NCBI GenBank assembly: GCA_046731295.1
Contig: JBKPKU010000054.1
Coordinates: 52,833-116,832 of the forward strand
Direction: 5' to 3'
Length of the DNA stretch: 64,000 bases
From: Actinomycetota bacterium
Lineage (GTDB): Bacteria > Actinomycetota > UBA4738 > HRBIN12
The position numbers and the translations under genes are program-made. Below, piece by piece: positions 30,025-40,035 of the stretch; position 1 is the first letter of the stretch, and the number at the start of each line of letters is the position of its first letter. The notes below the pieces were generated by a model. That model searched no databases. It saw nothing but the letters and a program-made list of their open reading frames with translations, and was not told the DNA's origin.

Positions 30025-30830
30025 TCGGCGTCCCTCGCGGTCGCGCGCACCATGTCGAGGAGCTCACGATGAAGTGGCGGGTCCGCGCTGGCGATGAGCG
30101 AGTCCGAGCGAAGGGTCCAGCGCGCGCCCTCGATGTCCGAGATGCTCCCCCCCGCCTCGGAGACGAGCAGCGTCCCCGCCCCCGTGTGGAGAGATGAACC
30201 GGAGAACAGCGCATAGGCGGCCACCCGGCCGGCCGCCACGTACGCGAGGGACAGCGTGGTGCTCAGGCTGCGGATGTCCCAGCGGTCCGCTCGGATGGCC
30301 TCACGCGCGAAGCGTGCGGCGTGCTCGCGGCGAGGGCCGGCTGCAAGGGCCGGCTCGACGACGATGCTCTGGTTCCGCCCGCTGGTGGTCAGCCGACGCC
30401 GAATGTCATCGTCGACCGCCCACGCTCCCCGGCCTCGCTCCGCGACGTGGATCTCACCGGTCGATGGATCTCCGACGACGGCAAGGCTGATCCGATCGCC
30501 CTCCACCAGTGCCAGGTTGACGCTGTACAGGGGGATACGGGACGCGAAGTTGCGGGTGCCGCAGATCGGGTCGAGGAGCCAGTAGGGGGCCCCGTCGGCG
30601 GGAGCGTCGCCCCCACGCTCCTCGCCCACGACCGGATGCGGAGATGCGCCCTGGACGATACGTCGGATCTCATCCTCGACAGCCGTGTCGGTCGCCGTGA
30701 CGAGATCGCGGCCACCCTTGGATGTGATCTCCTCCGCGCCCACTCCCTCACGAACGAGCTCGAGTCCGCGACGCACCGCGCCGATGGCCACTCGCGTCGC
30801 CGGTCGGACGTCATCTATCGCGGGTTTCAT
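30021..30830 (-). CDS. Inositol monophosphatase family protein (IMPase/SuhB-like)
   Basis: Metal-binding motifs (DPICGTRNF, WLLDPI). The 4-nt overlap with the exonuclease start suggests co-transcription. Confidence 0.8.
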   Translation of the reverse strand: MKPAIDDVRPATRVAIGAVRRGLELVREGVGAEEITSKGGRDLVTATDTAVEDEIRRIVQGASPHPVVGEERGGDAPADGAPYWLLDPICGTRNFASRIPLYSVNLALVEGDRISLAVVGDPSTGEIHVAERGRGAWAVDDDIRRRLTTSGRNQSIVVEPALAAGPRREHAARFAREAIRADRWDIRSLSTTLSLAYVAAGRVAAYALFSGSSLHTGAGTLLVSEAGGSISDIEGARWTLRSDSLIASADPPLHRELLDMVRATARDAE

Positions 30831-31050
30831 CCCTCAGCCTCCGCCATGCGTCGAGCCCGCCCCTCGGATCATGCGCCGCACGCGTTGCGGAACCGCGCCC
30901 CCCTCCGGGTTCTCGGTGCCGCAGGAAGGACACGTGATCACGCCCGGACGATACCTGCTGCCTCCGGCAGCCTCACCTGAGGTTTGGGCGACCCTCGAGT
31001 GGGTAGCCGCGCATCGCGTTCCCCGAGAGCGGGGGAAAGGAGGGAGCGAC

Positions 31051-32739
31051 ATGAGAAGATGCGCGCTCTTCTCGCTCGTCGCCCTGGGCCTGTTCGTGGC
31101 CCTGGCACCGCCGGCCCAGGCGGTGACCGATGCCCGTGTGACGGGCGACGATACGGCTGGCAGCTACCAGCTGGCCGACGGCGGCCAAGACGAGACGATG
31201 ACCAGGTGCAGCGAGGGTCGCCGCCAGCAGAACGAGCCCTCGATCGCGGTCGACCCGTCGAATACCGCCGTGGTGGTCGCCGGCGCCAACGACTACTGCG
31301 CCTCGATCGTGAACAACGAGGTGTGGGCCGGCTTCTACCGTTCGGAGGACGGCGGGGCGACCTGGACGAACAGCCTGGTTCCGGGCTACCCGGACGACAC
31401 ATCCGATTCGGGAGAGGCGTCACCGGTCCACGGCACGTGCGGCGCGGCCGGTGACCCGACGCAGGCGTTCGACGCCGATGGCAATCTGTTCTACGGGTTC
31501 ATCTGCTTCAACCGGGCGAAGCCGATCAACGGCGGCGTCTACGTCGCCCGGTACTCGGATCACGGCGCCGCGTACGACCAGACCGTCCTGGTGAAGAGGG
31601 GGACACCATCGGGGCTGTTCACGACCGGGCTGTTCCAGGACAAGATCAACCTCGCCGTGGACCAGACCGACGGTGATTCCTCCGGCAACGTCTACGTCGC
31701 CTGGTCGCAGTACACGGGGTTCGCCGGGACCAACAACGCGGTGGTGTTCTCTCGTTCCGTCGATCACGGGGATTCGTTCTCCACGCCGAGGAAGGTCACG
31801 CCCGTGGAGCACGGGACGGCGTCGTTCGCCGACCTGGCGGTCGGACCCGACGGGACGATCTACCTCACCTACCTGACGTACCCGTCGAGCTCGCGGCCGA
31901 CCGCGGACGTCTGGTTGTTGTCCTCCACGGACGGCGGCGACTCGTTCGGGCCGCCGGTCCACGTCGACTCGGTCGAGCTGTTCGACTCGAACCAGTTCGC
32001 GGGCGCGACGGGGACGGTGGACTGCGGGGACGGGCCGTTCGCATGCGACAGCGGATTCACCTTCTCGCGGTTCTTCACCAACTCGGCCGTGACGGCGGAC
32101 GAGACGGGCGTGCACGTCGTGTGGGCCTCGGAGCTGCCGAGCGGGCAGAACCAGGTGTTCGTCCGAAACTCGCCCGACGGCCAGGCCTTCGAGGACGATC
32201 CGATCCTGGTGGACGAACAGGAGGCAGGACACCAGTGGTTCCCGGACGTCGCCTCGGCGGACGGGACGATCTCGGTGATCTTCTACGACTCGCGGGCCGA
32301 TCCCGCCTACGACCCGGATCGCCCGCCGGGCAACGACGCCGACGGCGTGAACTCCGGCGACGTGGTGAACGCCTTCGTCGCCCAGTCGACCGACGGTGGC
32401 CTGACCTGGATCGAGAATCAGGTGAGCGCCGCGGGGAGCAACTTCGGCTGGGAAACGCACGGGTCACGACGCGTCGGGTTCTGGGGCGACTACCTGTACG
32501 TGTCGGCGGTGCCGGGAGCCGTCAACGTCGCATGGACCGACTCCCGGGACCTGGTGCCCGGTGACGACCCACGGGAGACCGGGGCCGATGATGACGAGGA
32601 CGGGTTCGACGTGTTCCAGGACAATTGCGTCTACGACCCGAACGACATCAACGCGCCGGCCTACACGACGCCGACCATCGACGACCCCTGCCTGGACGAG
32701 GGGGGTCTGGACCAGAACATCTACGACGCGCGTCTGTAG
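31051..32739 (+). CDS. Secreted BNR/Asp-box repeat protein (sialidase-like beta-propeller), paralog 1
   Basis: Signal peptide MRRCALFSLVALGLFVALAPPAQA; repeated S-x-D-G-G-x-T-W/F Asp-box motifs (SEDGGATWT, SVDHGDSFS, STDGGDSFG, STDGGLTWI); RBS AAAGGAGGGA. Confidence 0.7.
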   Translation: MRRCALFSLVALGLFVALAPPAQAVTDARVTGDDTAGSYQLADGGQDETMTRCSEGRRQQNEPSIAVDPSNTAVVVAGANDYCASIVNNEVWAGFYRSEDGGATWTNSLVPGYPDDTSDSGEASPVHGTCGAAGDPTQAFDADGNLFYGFICFNRAKPINGGVYVARYSDHGAAYDQTVLVKRGTPSGLFTTGLFQDKINLAVDQTDGDSSGNVYVAWSQYTGFAGTNNAVVFSRSVDHGDSFSTPRKVTPVEHGTASFADLAVGPDGTIYLTYLTYPSSSRPTADVWLLSSTDGGDSFGPPVHVDSVELFDSNQFAGATGTVDCGDGPFACDSGFTFSRFFTNSAVTADETGVHVVWASELPSGQNQVFVRNSPDGQAFEDDPILVDEQEAGHQWFPDVASADGTISVIFYDSRADPAYDPDRPPGNDADGVNSGDVVNAFVAQSTDGGLTWIENQVSAAGSNFGWETHGSRRVGFWGDYLYVSAVPGAVNVAWTDSRDLVPGDDPRETGADDDEDGFDVFQDNCVYDPNDINAPAYTTPTIDDPCLDEGGLDQNIYDARL

Positions 32740-32803
32740 CGCGAGAACGAGGGGGCGGTGGCCCGCCGCGGCATCGGAGCCGAGGCGGGTCGCACCCTTC
32801 GCA

Positions 32804-33273
32804 TCAGTCCAGCACGATCGTGGTGCAGTCCGTCTGGTAGGTCGGGACCCCACCCGCCGAGAGCGTCCAGATCGCGCCGTGCGTCGCGTCGCGCAGATCG
32901 GCCGCGTCCTCCGGGGAGAAGACCGCCTCCGCCTTGCCGTTGCCGGCGCCGTTGGTCTGCATCGTGGCCGTCTCGAAGGAGATCGGCGACGCCCCGCACG
33001 TCGGGTCGCCGAGCGAGACGGCGATCGAGACCTGGAACGTCGTGTCGGGCGTGGCGCCGTTCACCACGTACAGCTCGTGCGCGAACACGCTGGGACCGTC
33101 GGCGTGGATGTTCTCCACGACCCCGACTGCAGCGGTGCGTCCGCCACAGCATGGAGCGGGATGTGCGTCGAGTGGTACACGGCGTCCGCGCCGGCCGGGG
33201 CCGACATGGCCACCACGGCGGCGGCCGAGACGGCGACGCTCGCGACGGCGCGAGCGGGGGACCTGCGTCTCAT
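32804..33273 (-). pseudogene. Small secreted protein gene (~155 aa if repaired) split by a single-nucleotide frameshift at a G4 run
   Basis: ORF 33273-33061 encodes a signal peptide (MRRRSPARAVASVAVSAAAVVAMSAPAGADA) and is fused out of frame to ORF 33118-32804. Adding one G at ...cagtcgggg|tcgtgg... would give a continuous ...APLQSGVVENIHADGPSVF... protein. Confidence 0.4.
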
Positions 33274-33366
33274 GGAGATCTCCTTCCCGGGCGGGAACGA
33301 CGGGGCCGCCCGACCCTCGACGCTAGCGGCGCGAGACGGAATTGAAGGGGAGCCTGGAGGCGCCGG

Positions 33367-34740
33367 TCAGGAGCCCTTCCTCTCGCGCTCCCACTCCGCC
33401 GGATCGAACCCCTCCCACGGGTCGTAGTCGACCTCGAGCGCCTCCTGCCCGGGCCGCCGGTCCTCCGGGACGTTGCGCAGGTTGACGCGGATCCGGTACC
33501 AGGCAGTGAACCGTCCGCGCATCGCGTCCACCATCACGTCGGCCAGTTGCAGGTGCGCCGCGGCCTCGGGATGCTTGGCGCGCCAGCGGTCGAGCCCCGC
33601 CCGCGCCTCCGGCTCGGTCTCGGCGCGCGCGATCTCGATCAGCGGCGCGGTCGTGCGCCGCCGGCCCGTCGGCCCGGCCCGCTTGCCCGGCGCCGGCGCC
33701 GGCACCACGCCCCGCTTCTCGGGCGTGCCCTTCCGCCGCTTCGACGGTTGCACCCTGGCGGGCTCGCCCTCCTGCTTGGCGTACTGCGGCGGCCACGGCG
33801 CGTCGCCGAACCCGGCCTCCTCGTGCTGCTCGGACAGCTCCAGGAGCGCGGCGAGCGAGCCCGCCGCCTCGTCGATCCCCTCGGACGGGTCGCCGATCTC
33901 GGCGAATCGCTCGGGGACCGTGTCGATCGTAAAGCCGCCCGGCTCGACGTCGGGGACCTCGTCCCACCGCAGCGGCGCCGAGACGCGCGCGTCCGGCGTC
34001 GGCCGCACGGAGTACGCGGAGGCCACGGTCCGGTCCTTCGCATTCTGGTTGTAGTCGAGGAACACGCCGTGGCGCTCCTCCTTCCACCACCGGCTCGTCG
34101 CCAGATCGGGGGCTCGGCGTTCGACCTCGCGGGCGAGCGCCAGCGCCGCGCGACGCACCTCGGGGAACGTCCAGTCGCGTTCGATGCGCGCGTACACGTG
34201 GATGCCTCGCGAGCCCGAGGTCTTCGGCCACCCGACCAGTCCGAACTCGTCCAGCACCTCCCTCGTGACCATCGCGACGTCACGGATCTGCGGCCACTCG
34301 ATGCCGGGGACCGGATCCAGGTCCACCCGCAGCTCGTCGGGATGGTCGAGGTCGCCGGCCCGCACCGGGTGCGGGTTCAGGTCGATGCAGCCGAGGTTCA
34401 CGATCCACGCCAGCTGCGCTGCGTCGTGCACCACGATCTCGCGCGCCGTGCGTCCCGAGGGGAAACTGAGCTCGACCGTCTCGATCCAGTCCGGGTGGGA
34501 TGCGGGGGCACGCTTCTGGAAGAAGAAGTCGCCCTCGGCGCCGTTCACGAAGCGCTTGAGGGCCATCGGCCGGCCCGAGACGCCGCGGATCGCGCCGTCG
34601 GAGACCGCCAGGTAGTAGCGCACGAGGTCGAGCTTGGTGTGCCCGGTCTCGGGGAAGAAGATCTTGTCGGGATTCGAGACCGTCACCTCGCGCCCCGCGA
34701 TCTCGAGGACCTGCTTGCGTGCGGTCATGGGCACAACCAT
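33367..34740 (-). CDS. LigD-type primase-polymerase (NHEJ polymerase domain) protein with ~150-aa Ala/Glu/Arg-rich C-terminal extension
   Basis: Conserved PolDom body (PDKIFFPETGHTKLDLVRYY ... NLGCIDLNPHP ... KTSGSRGIHVYARI ... FLDYNQNAKDRTVASAYSVRP). RBS GGAGGG upstream of MVVPMTARK. No ligase, phosphoesterase or Ku gene nearby. Confidence 0.75.
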   Translation of the reverse strand: MVVPMTARKQVLEIAGREVTVSNPDKIFFPETGHTKLDLVRYYLAVSDGAIRGVSGRPMALKRFVNGAEGDFFFQKRAPASHPDWIETVELSFPSGRTAREIVVHDAAQLAWIVNLGCIDLNPHPVRAGDLDHPDELRVDLDPVPGIEWPQIRDVAMVTREVLDEFGLVGWPKTSGSRGIHVYARIERDWTFPEVRRAALALAREVERRAPDLATSRWWKEERHGVFLDYNQNAKDRTVASAYSVRPTPDARVSAPLRWDEVPDVEPGGFTIDTVPERFAEIGDPSEGIDEAAGSLAALLELSEQHEEAGFGDAPWPPQYAKQEGEPARVQPSKRRKGTPEKRGVVPAPAPGKRAGPTGRRRTTAPLIEIARAETEPEARAGLDRWRAKHPEAAAHLQLADVMVDAMRGRFTAWYRIRVNLRNVPEDRRPGQEALEVDYDPWEGFDPAEWERERKGS

Positions 34741-35068
34741 AGAGCCCCGCCGACCCTCCGAGACCGTTGTGCGGAAGGGCGACCCCTCGTTCGGGTATCC
34801 TTGGCAATCGTGGACTTCTACCGCACGCAGGAAGGCAAGACCCTTCGGATCGGCGAGACCGAAGACGGGATGCTGAGCGTGGAGATCCTCAAGGACGGCG
34901 CCTGGACGGCCGCCCCGCTCGGCATGATCGGCCTGCGACTGCAGCCGTCGACCCGTCGCCTGAAGGCGTCCGAGATCAAGACCCTTCCCAGCTGAGCCCC
35001 GGCCTGCGGGCCGTGCACCATGGGCGTCGCTTCGCACCGCCCGGATGGCGCTCGCCTAGCATCCGCTG

Positions 35069-36592
35069 ATGCGCATCCTGCTGTGGCATGGCTGGCTGCT
35101 GGAGGGGTCGGGCTCCAACGTCGGGACCGCCCGCGTCGCCGAACGCTTCCGCTCGGCCGGCCACGACGTGCTGCTCCTGTGCCAGGAACGCCATCCCGAG
35201 CGGTATCCGTGGATCGACGCGTTCGGGGAGGTGGACGGCGACGGCCCCTCGGCGCTCACGCCGTTGAGGGCCGCCCCCGCGACCGGCCGCTGCGTCCTGC
35301 TCCGTCCGCGCATCGGGGCCACGATCCCCGTGTTCGTTCTCGATCGGTACGAGGGGTTCCAGCGCGTGATGCGCTTCGTCGATCTCGTGGACCGCGATCT
35401 CGATGTGTACCTGCGCGCCAACGTGGACGCGGTGCGCGCCGCGGCCGCGTGGCACGGGACCGAGATCGCGTTCACGGGTCACGCCATCCCCGGATCGGCG
35501 ATCGGGGCCCGGGCGCTCGGCGCCGGCCGCTACGTCGCGAAGATCCACGGCAGCGACCTGGAGTACGCGGTTCGGCCTCAGGCGCGGTACCGCGAGCTCG
35601 CGGGCGAGGGCCTTCGGCCCGCGCGGGCGGTGGCCGGCCCGACGAGCGACGTCCTGCGGCGATGCGCCGCACTCGTCCCGGGGATCGACGACCTGCTCCG
35701 GATCGTGCCGCCGGGCGTCGAGGTCTCGGCGTTCCGCCCGCGCCCGCGCGCAGAGGCCCTCGAGGAGGCGGCCGGGCTCCTCGACGCCGATCCCGAGACG
35801 GTCAGGGGCCGCCCGTCCGAGCTCGACGCCCAGGTCGAGCGCTCGCTCGCCGCCCGGGACGCGGAGGCGCTCGACGCCCTCGCCGACACGTACGACCAAT
35901 CGGTGCCGGAGCCGGACGCGGCGACGCGCCTGCGAACGCTCGCGCGCACCGAGGGGCCGATCGTCGGCTACCTCGGCAAGCTGATCCCGCAGAAGGGCGT
36001 CGAGCTCATGCTTGCGGCACAGGCGATCGCGCGGCACGACGCGCACGCGCTGGTGGTCGGGTTCGGCTCGGATCGCGAGTGGCTCGCGGCGCTTTCGACG
36101 GCGCTCGCGAGCGGAGATGCCCGTACGCTCGCATGGCTGCGTGAGCGAGGCCAACCCATCGGCGATGGGCTCCGGCCCGCCGAGCCGGCGTACGACCGCG
36201 ACGTCGTGTTTACCGGCCGGCTCGACCATCGCTATGCGCCCGAGGCGCTGGCCGCGATGGACGTCCAGGTGGTGCCGTCGATCCTGGAGGAGGCCTTCGG
36301 CATGGTGGCGGCCGAGGGTGCGGCCGCCGGCGCGCTGCCGCTGGTCGCCAGGCACTCGGGCCTGGGCGAGGTGGGCGCTGCGCTCGAGCGCGAGATCGGG
36401 CACCCGGGCCTGCTCACGTTCGAGCCGGGCGATCGCGCCGTCGCGAACCTGGCCGAGGGCATCGACCGGCTGCTCGGGCTGCCGAAAGCCGAACGCGAAG
36501 CGATGCGCGGCGCAGTGAGCGCGTTCGTGGGCCGCGAATGGACCTGGGACCGTACCGCCGCCGGCCTGCTGGTCGCCGCGGGCGCCTCGTAG
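35069..36592 (+). CDS. Glycosyltransferase family 4 (GT-B fold)
   Basis: C-terminal GT4 donor-binding region (YLGKLIPQKGVELML ... FTGRLDH ... VVPSILEEAFGMVAAEGAAAGALPLVA with the E-x7-E motif). Confidence 0.8.
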   Translation: MRILLWHGWLLEGSGSNVGTARVAERFRSAGHDVLLLCQERHPERYPWIDAFGEVDGDGPSALTPLRAAPATGRCVLLRPRIGATIPVFVLDRYEGFQRVMRFVDLVDRDLDVYLRANVDAVRAAAAWHGTEIAFTGHAIPGSAIGARALGAGRYVAKIHGSDLEYAVRPQARYRELAGEGLRPARAVAGPTSDVLRRCAALVPGIDDLLRIVPPGVEVSAFRPRPRAEALEEAAGLLDADPETVRGRPSELDAQVERSLAARDAEALDALADTYDQSVPEPDAATRLRTLARTEGPIVGYLGKLIPQKGVELMLAAQAIARHDAHALVVGFGSDREWLAALSTALASGDARTLAWLRERGQPIGDGLRPAEPAYDRDVVFTGRLDHRYAPEALAAMDVQVVPSILEEAFGMVAAEGAAAGALPLVARHSGLGEVGAALEREIGHPGLLTFEPGDRAVANLAEGIDRLLGLPKAEREAMRGAVSAFVGREWTWDRTAAGLLVAAGAS

Positions 36593-36632
36593 ACGGGGAG
36601 CGGCATACACGGAGACGCGGCCCCGTGTCGGG

Positions 36633-37094
36633 CTACGCCAGCGCGGCGAGTGCGTTCGGGACCGTGTCCTCGGGGGTGACCGGGGACCAGGCCTGTTCGA
36701 TGCGCCCCTCCTCGTCCACGAGGAACGAGGATCGAATGAGGCCGATCGTGGTCCTTCCGTCCCGGTGCTTCTCGCCCCACGCGCCCCAGGCCTCGGCCGT
36801 CGCGTGATCGGTATCGGACAGCAGCGGGAACCCGAGGCGGAACTTCTCGTCGAACGCGAGCTGCTTGTCCGGCAGGTCGGGCGAGATGCCGACGACGTCG
36901 GTGCCGATCCCCGCCAGGTCCGCCCGGTGGTCGCGGAGGTCGCACGACTGCACGGTGCACCCGGGCGTGTCTGCCTCCGGGTAGAAGTAGACGACGACCT
37001 TCCTGCCGCGGTAGTCCTCGAGCCGGACCGTCTCGCCGTGCTGATCGATCAGCTCGAATACCGGCGCCGGGTCGCCGGCCTTCAACGGGCTCAT
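36633..37094 (-). CDS. bcp: Peroxiredoxin Bcp (thiol peroxidase, 1-Cys/atypical 2-Cys)
   Basis: VVYFYPEADTPGCTVQSC peroxidatic-cysteine motif; 153 aa from MSPLKAG. The upstream 105 codons of the ORF were rejected. Confidence 0.85.
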   Translation of the reverse strand: MSPLKAGDPAPVFELIDQHGETVRLEDYRGRKVVVYFYPEADTPGCTVQSCDLRDHRADLAGIGTDVVGISPDLPDKQLAFDEKFRLGFPLLSDTDHATAEAWGAWGEKHRDGRTTIGLIRSSFLVDEEGRIEQAWSPVTPEDTVPNALAALA

Positions 37095-37306
37095 GCCTCT
37101 ACGGTACCCGGGTCGGCCGTCATGCCGCGCGTCCTCGATCTCCCACGCGTGATCGAGCACGTGCCAGGCAACCGGGCGGAGGAAATACCTCGGCAGCCAG
37201 CGCTTGCCACCCCTGGGGCCGGGTGGCGGCGTGAGGAGGCCGATCGGGCCGGCCGAACCAGTAGCAGGAGAGGGCGGATCGCCTGGGGGCCGCGCCGGGC
37301 GAGACA

Positions 37307-39253
37307 TTGGGTCGACGTTCCGAGGGAGCCTCCGGTAGCCTGCTCGCTCTCGCAGGGGCGTCGCGCGCAGGGGGACGGAGGGGGACGATCGACAGCGCAT
37401 CGCGAACACGTTCGATCGGCGCGACTATCGGGCTGGCGACCACGCTCGCGCTCCTGCTCCTGCTGGCGCCGGCCTCGGCTCGGGCGGGCGAGGGCGACGG
37501 GGCGCTGGGCCCGACCGGTGACGCAGGCGCGGCCGGAGCGATCGCGGCCGCGCAGCCGTCCGGAGCGGTGCCGGGCATCGACGTCTCGCACTGGCAGGAG
37601 ACGATCGACTGGGCACAGGTGGCGGCCTCGGGCAAGCGGTTCGCGATCGCGAAGGCCACGGACGGCCAGTCGTACGTCGATCCCACGTATGCGACCAACA
37701 AGGCCGGCGCGGAGCTGAACGGGCTCGTCTTCGGCTCCTATCACTTCGCACGTCCCGACAGGACGGCCAACGACGCCGTCATCGAGGCGGATCACTTCGT
37801 CGACGTCGCCCAGCTCGAACCCGGCAACCTGATCCCGGTCCTTGATATCGAGAAGAACCCGGAGAACATGTCGCAAGCCGAGATCACCGCCTGGATCCTC
37901 ACCTGGCTGGGTCGCGTCACGGAGCGGCTCGGCGTCCGCCCGATGGTGTACACGAGCCCGAACGGCTGGCTCAACCGAACCGGCGACACGACCGCCGTCG
38001 TCGACGCCGGCTACACGGTGTTGTGGGTCGCTCACTGGGGAGTGTCCGAGCCCACCGCCCCGGCCGGGAGCTGGGGCGGCTACGGTTGGACCTTCTGGCA
38101 GTACACGAGCGATGGCGCCGTCCCGGGCATCGCGGGGAGGGTCGACCTCGACTGGTACAAGACCAGCTCCTTCGACCCGGTGACGATCCCCTCGGCCGAC
38201 GTCGTCCCGCCGTCCGCCTCGATCTCGCTCCCGACGACGTTCGGCGAGAGCATCCGCGTCACGTTCAGCGAGGTCGTCCACAACGTCACCCCGGAAAACA
38301 CGTTCGTGTGGGTGCCCGTGAGCGGGACCTATCCGAAGGTCGACCTGACGTGTCGTTCGGGCAAGGGCGGGCAGGTCGACTGCGTCTCGGGCAACGTCCG
38401 GACGGTCGGCGTGCGGCCGCGCGACCCGCTCGTGCTCGGCGAAACGTACGAGGCGATCGTGAACCCCGCGATCGCGCCGTCGCTGGTCGTCGACCGCACC
38501 GGCAATCCCGCCCCGACGACGACGCAGCCGTTCGCGACGCCGACCACGGTGGAGCAGAACAGTCCGGCGATCGCCTACGCCTGGCGGTCCGAGTCCAGGT
38601 CCGGCGCGTTCGGCGGGTCCTACGAGGTCGAGCACCGCGCGGGCGCCAGCGCGTCGTTCGATTTCTCGGGCCGTTCCGTCACCTGGTACACGGCGGTCGG
38701 ACCCTCGGCGGGCAAGGCGTCGGTCCGGATCGACGGGAAGCTCCGGGGCACGTTCGACCTGTATGCGCAACGCAGCGATCTCCGCGTCGGCCGAACCTTC
38801 GACGGGCTGGCTCGGGCGCCGCACACGATCACGATCCGCGTGCTCGGGCGTGCGCGGGCGGGCGCCGAGGACGCAAACGTGGTCGTCGACGCGTTCCGCG
38901 CGGGCGGCCGGCTGGTCTCGAACCCCGAGCCCCGCACCACCTGGGGAGCCGGGGGCGGAGGCCTGTGGGCGAGCGACCTGGGCCGTTCGAGCGTGGAGCT
39001 GAGGTTCAGCGGGACCGCGGTCGACTGGGTGACCGCGGAGGGTCCTGACCAGGGACGCGCGAAGGTCTCGATCGACGGCCTGGTCGTCAAGACGGTCGAC
39101 AACTACGCGGCCCAGCGCGCGCTCGGCGTGACGCGCTCGTTCACCGGGCTCTCCGAGGACGTGCATACCCTGCGGATCGTGGTCCTGGGCGACGCGCGAC
39201 CGGCCGCATCGGGTGAGCTCGTCTCGGTCGACGGTTTCTCGCTCGTCCCGTAG
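37307..39253 (+). CDS. Secreted GH25 muramidase (lysozyme) with ~400-aa C-terminal extension of unknown domains
   Basis: GH25 catalytic motifs (GIDVSHWQETIDWAQVAASGKRFAIAKATDG, GSYHFARP, GYGWTFWQYTS). Signal peptide ATIGLATTLALLLLLAPASARA. Apparent TTG start; exact start uncertain. Confidence 0.7.
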   Translation: MGRRSEGASGSLLALAGASRAGGRRGTIDSASRTRSIGATIGLATTLALLLLLAPASARAGEGDGALGPTGDAGAAGAIAAAQPSGAVPGIDVSHWQETIDWAQVAASGKRFAIAKATDGQSYVDPTYATNKAGAELNGLVFGSYHFARPDRTANDAVIEADHFVDVAQLEPGNLIPVLDIEKNPENMSQAEITAWILTWLGRVTERLGVRPMVYTSPNGWLNRTGDTTAVVDAGYTVLWVAHWGVSEPTAPAGSWGGYGWTFWQYTSDGAVPGIAGRVDLDWYKTSSFDPVTIPSADVVPPSASISLPTTFGESIRVTFSEVVHNVTPENTFVWVPVSGTYPKVDLTCRSGKGGQVDCVSGNVRTVGVRPRDPLVLGETYEAIVNPAIAPSLVVDRTGNPAPTTTQPFATPTTVEQNSPAIAYAWRSESRSGAFGGSYEVEHRAGASASFDFSGRSVTWYTAVGPSAGKASVRIDGKLRGTFDLYAQRSDLRVGRTFDGLARAPHTITIRVLGRARAGAEDANVVVDAFRAGGRLVSNPEPRTTWGAGGGGLWASDLGRSSVELRFSGTAVDWVTAEGPDQGRAKVSIDGLVVKTVDNYAAQRALGVTRSFTGLSEDVHTLRIVVLGDARPAASGELVSVDGFSLVP

Positions 39254-39262
39254 GTCCCGAGC

Positions 39263-39913
39263 TCAGCCGCCGGCCGCGTGGACGATGATCGCGGCCGCCG
39301 CCCCAGCGTCGAGCCGATCGGTGTTCACGACGAGGTCGTAGTGCGTGGGCAGCTCGCGCTCGATCCCGTAGAACCCCTTCAGGTACGAGGCGCGAGCCTC
39401 GTCCGAGCGCTTGAGCTCCTTGGCCGCTTCGGACGCGTCGACGCCGCGGGCCTCCGCAAGCCGGGTCGTCCGAACCTCTGTCGGGGCGGTGATCATGACG
39501 CGAAGCACGTCGTCGCGATCGGCCAAGGCGAACGACGCGGCGTGCGCGACGATCACGACGTCGCCTCGGGCCGCCGTCTCGATGACGGTCTCGCGGATCA
39601 GCGTTCGCAGGTCGTGGGTGCGTACGAGCTCGCTCGAGTCGTCCGGGATCCACATCGGCCCGCCGGGCGTCGCGGTCGCGCTCGCGGCGCCGGTCTGTCC
39701 CATGCCCTCGAGGAGGCGCATCAGGGCGCTCTTGCGGCGTTCGGCGTCGGCGATCGCGGCCGGGTCGACGCCCTGCTTGTCCGCGGCGGTGCTGATGATC
39801 TCCTCGTCGACGTAGCGGAACCCGAGGCGCTCGGCCACGAGCGCGCCGATCCGTTCGCCCTCGGCTCCGATCGCTCGCGCAATCGCTACAACGTTGGTGC
39901 CGTGCCCTAGCAT
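39263..39913 (-). CDS. Cytidylate kinase-like family protein (P-loop NTPase fold)
   Basis: 216 aa of the cytidylate-kinase-like family (VVAIARAIGAEGERIGALVAERLGFRYVD). RBS GGAGATGGAGG. The N-terminal 53 codons of the ORF were rejected. Confidence 0.6.
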   Translation of the reverse strand: MLGHGTNVVAIARAIGAEGERIGALVAERLGFRYVDEEIISTAADKQGVDPAAIADAERRKSALMRLLEGMGQTGAASATATPGGPMWIPDDSSELVRTHDLRTLIRETVIETAARGDVVIVAHAASFALADRDDVLRVMITAPTEVRTTRLAEARGVDASEAAKELKRSDEARASYLKGFYGIERELPTHYDLVVNTDRLDAGAAAAIIVHAAGG

Positions 39914-40035
39914 CGATCGCCTCCATCTCCCCGGTCCCAACGAGATCCGCGCATTACGGCGGATACGGTACTTGCACCTTGACAGAGCGTGATCGGGTGC
40001 GATGGGGTGAGGTGGTCTCGCCAAGGAGGCGCTAT

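Noticed and set aside
39141-39926. 261-aa minus ORF overlapping the cytidylate-kinase-like gene
   Set aside because: An alternate frame of the same strand with an R/G/D-rich product. The other frame gives a P-loop-kinase-like protein with an RBS.
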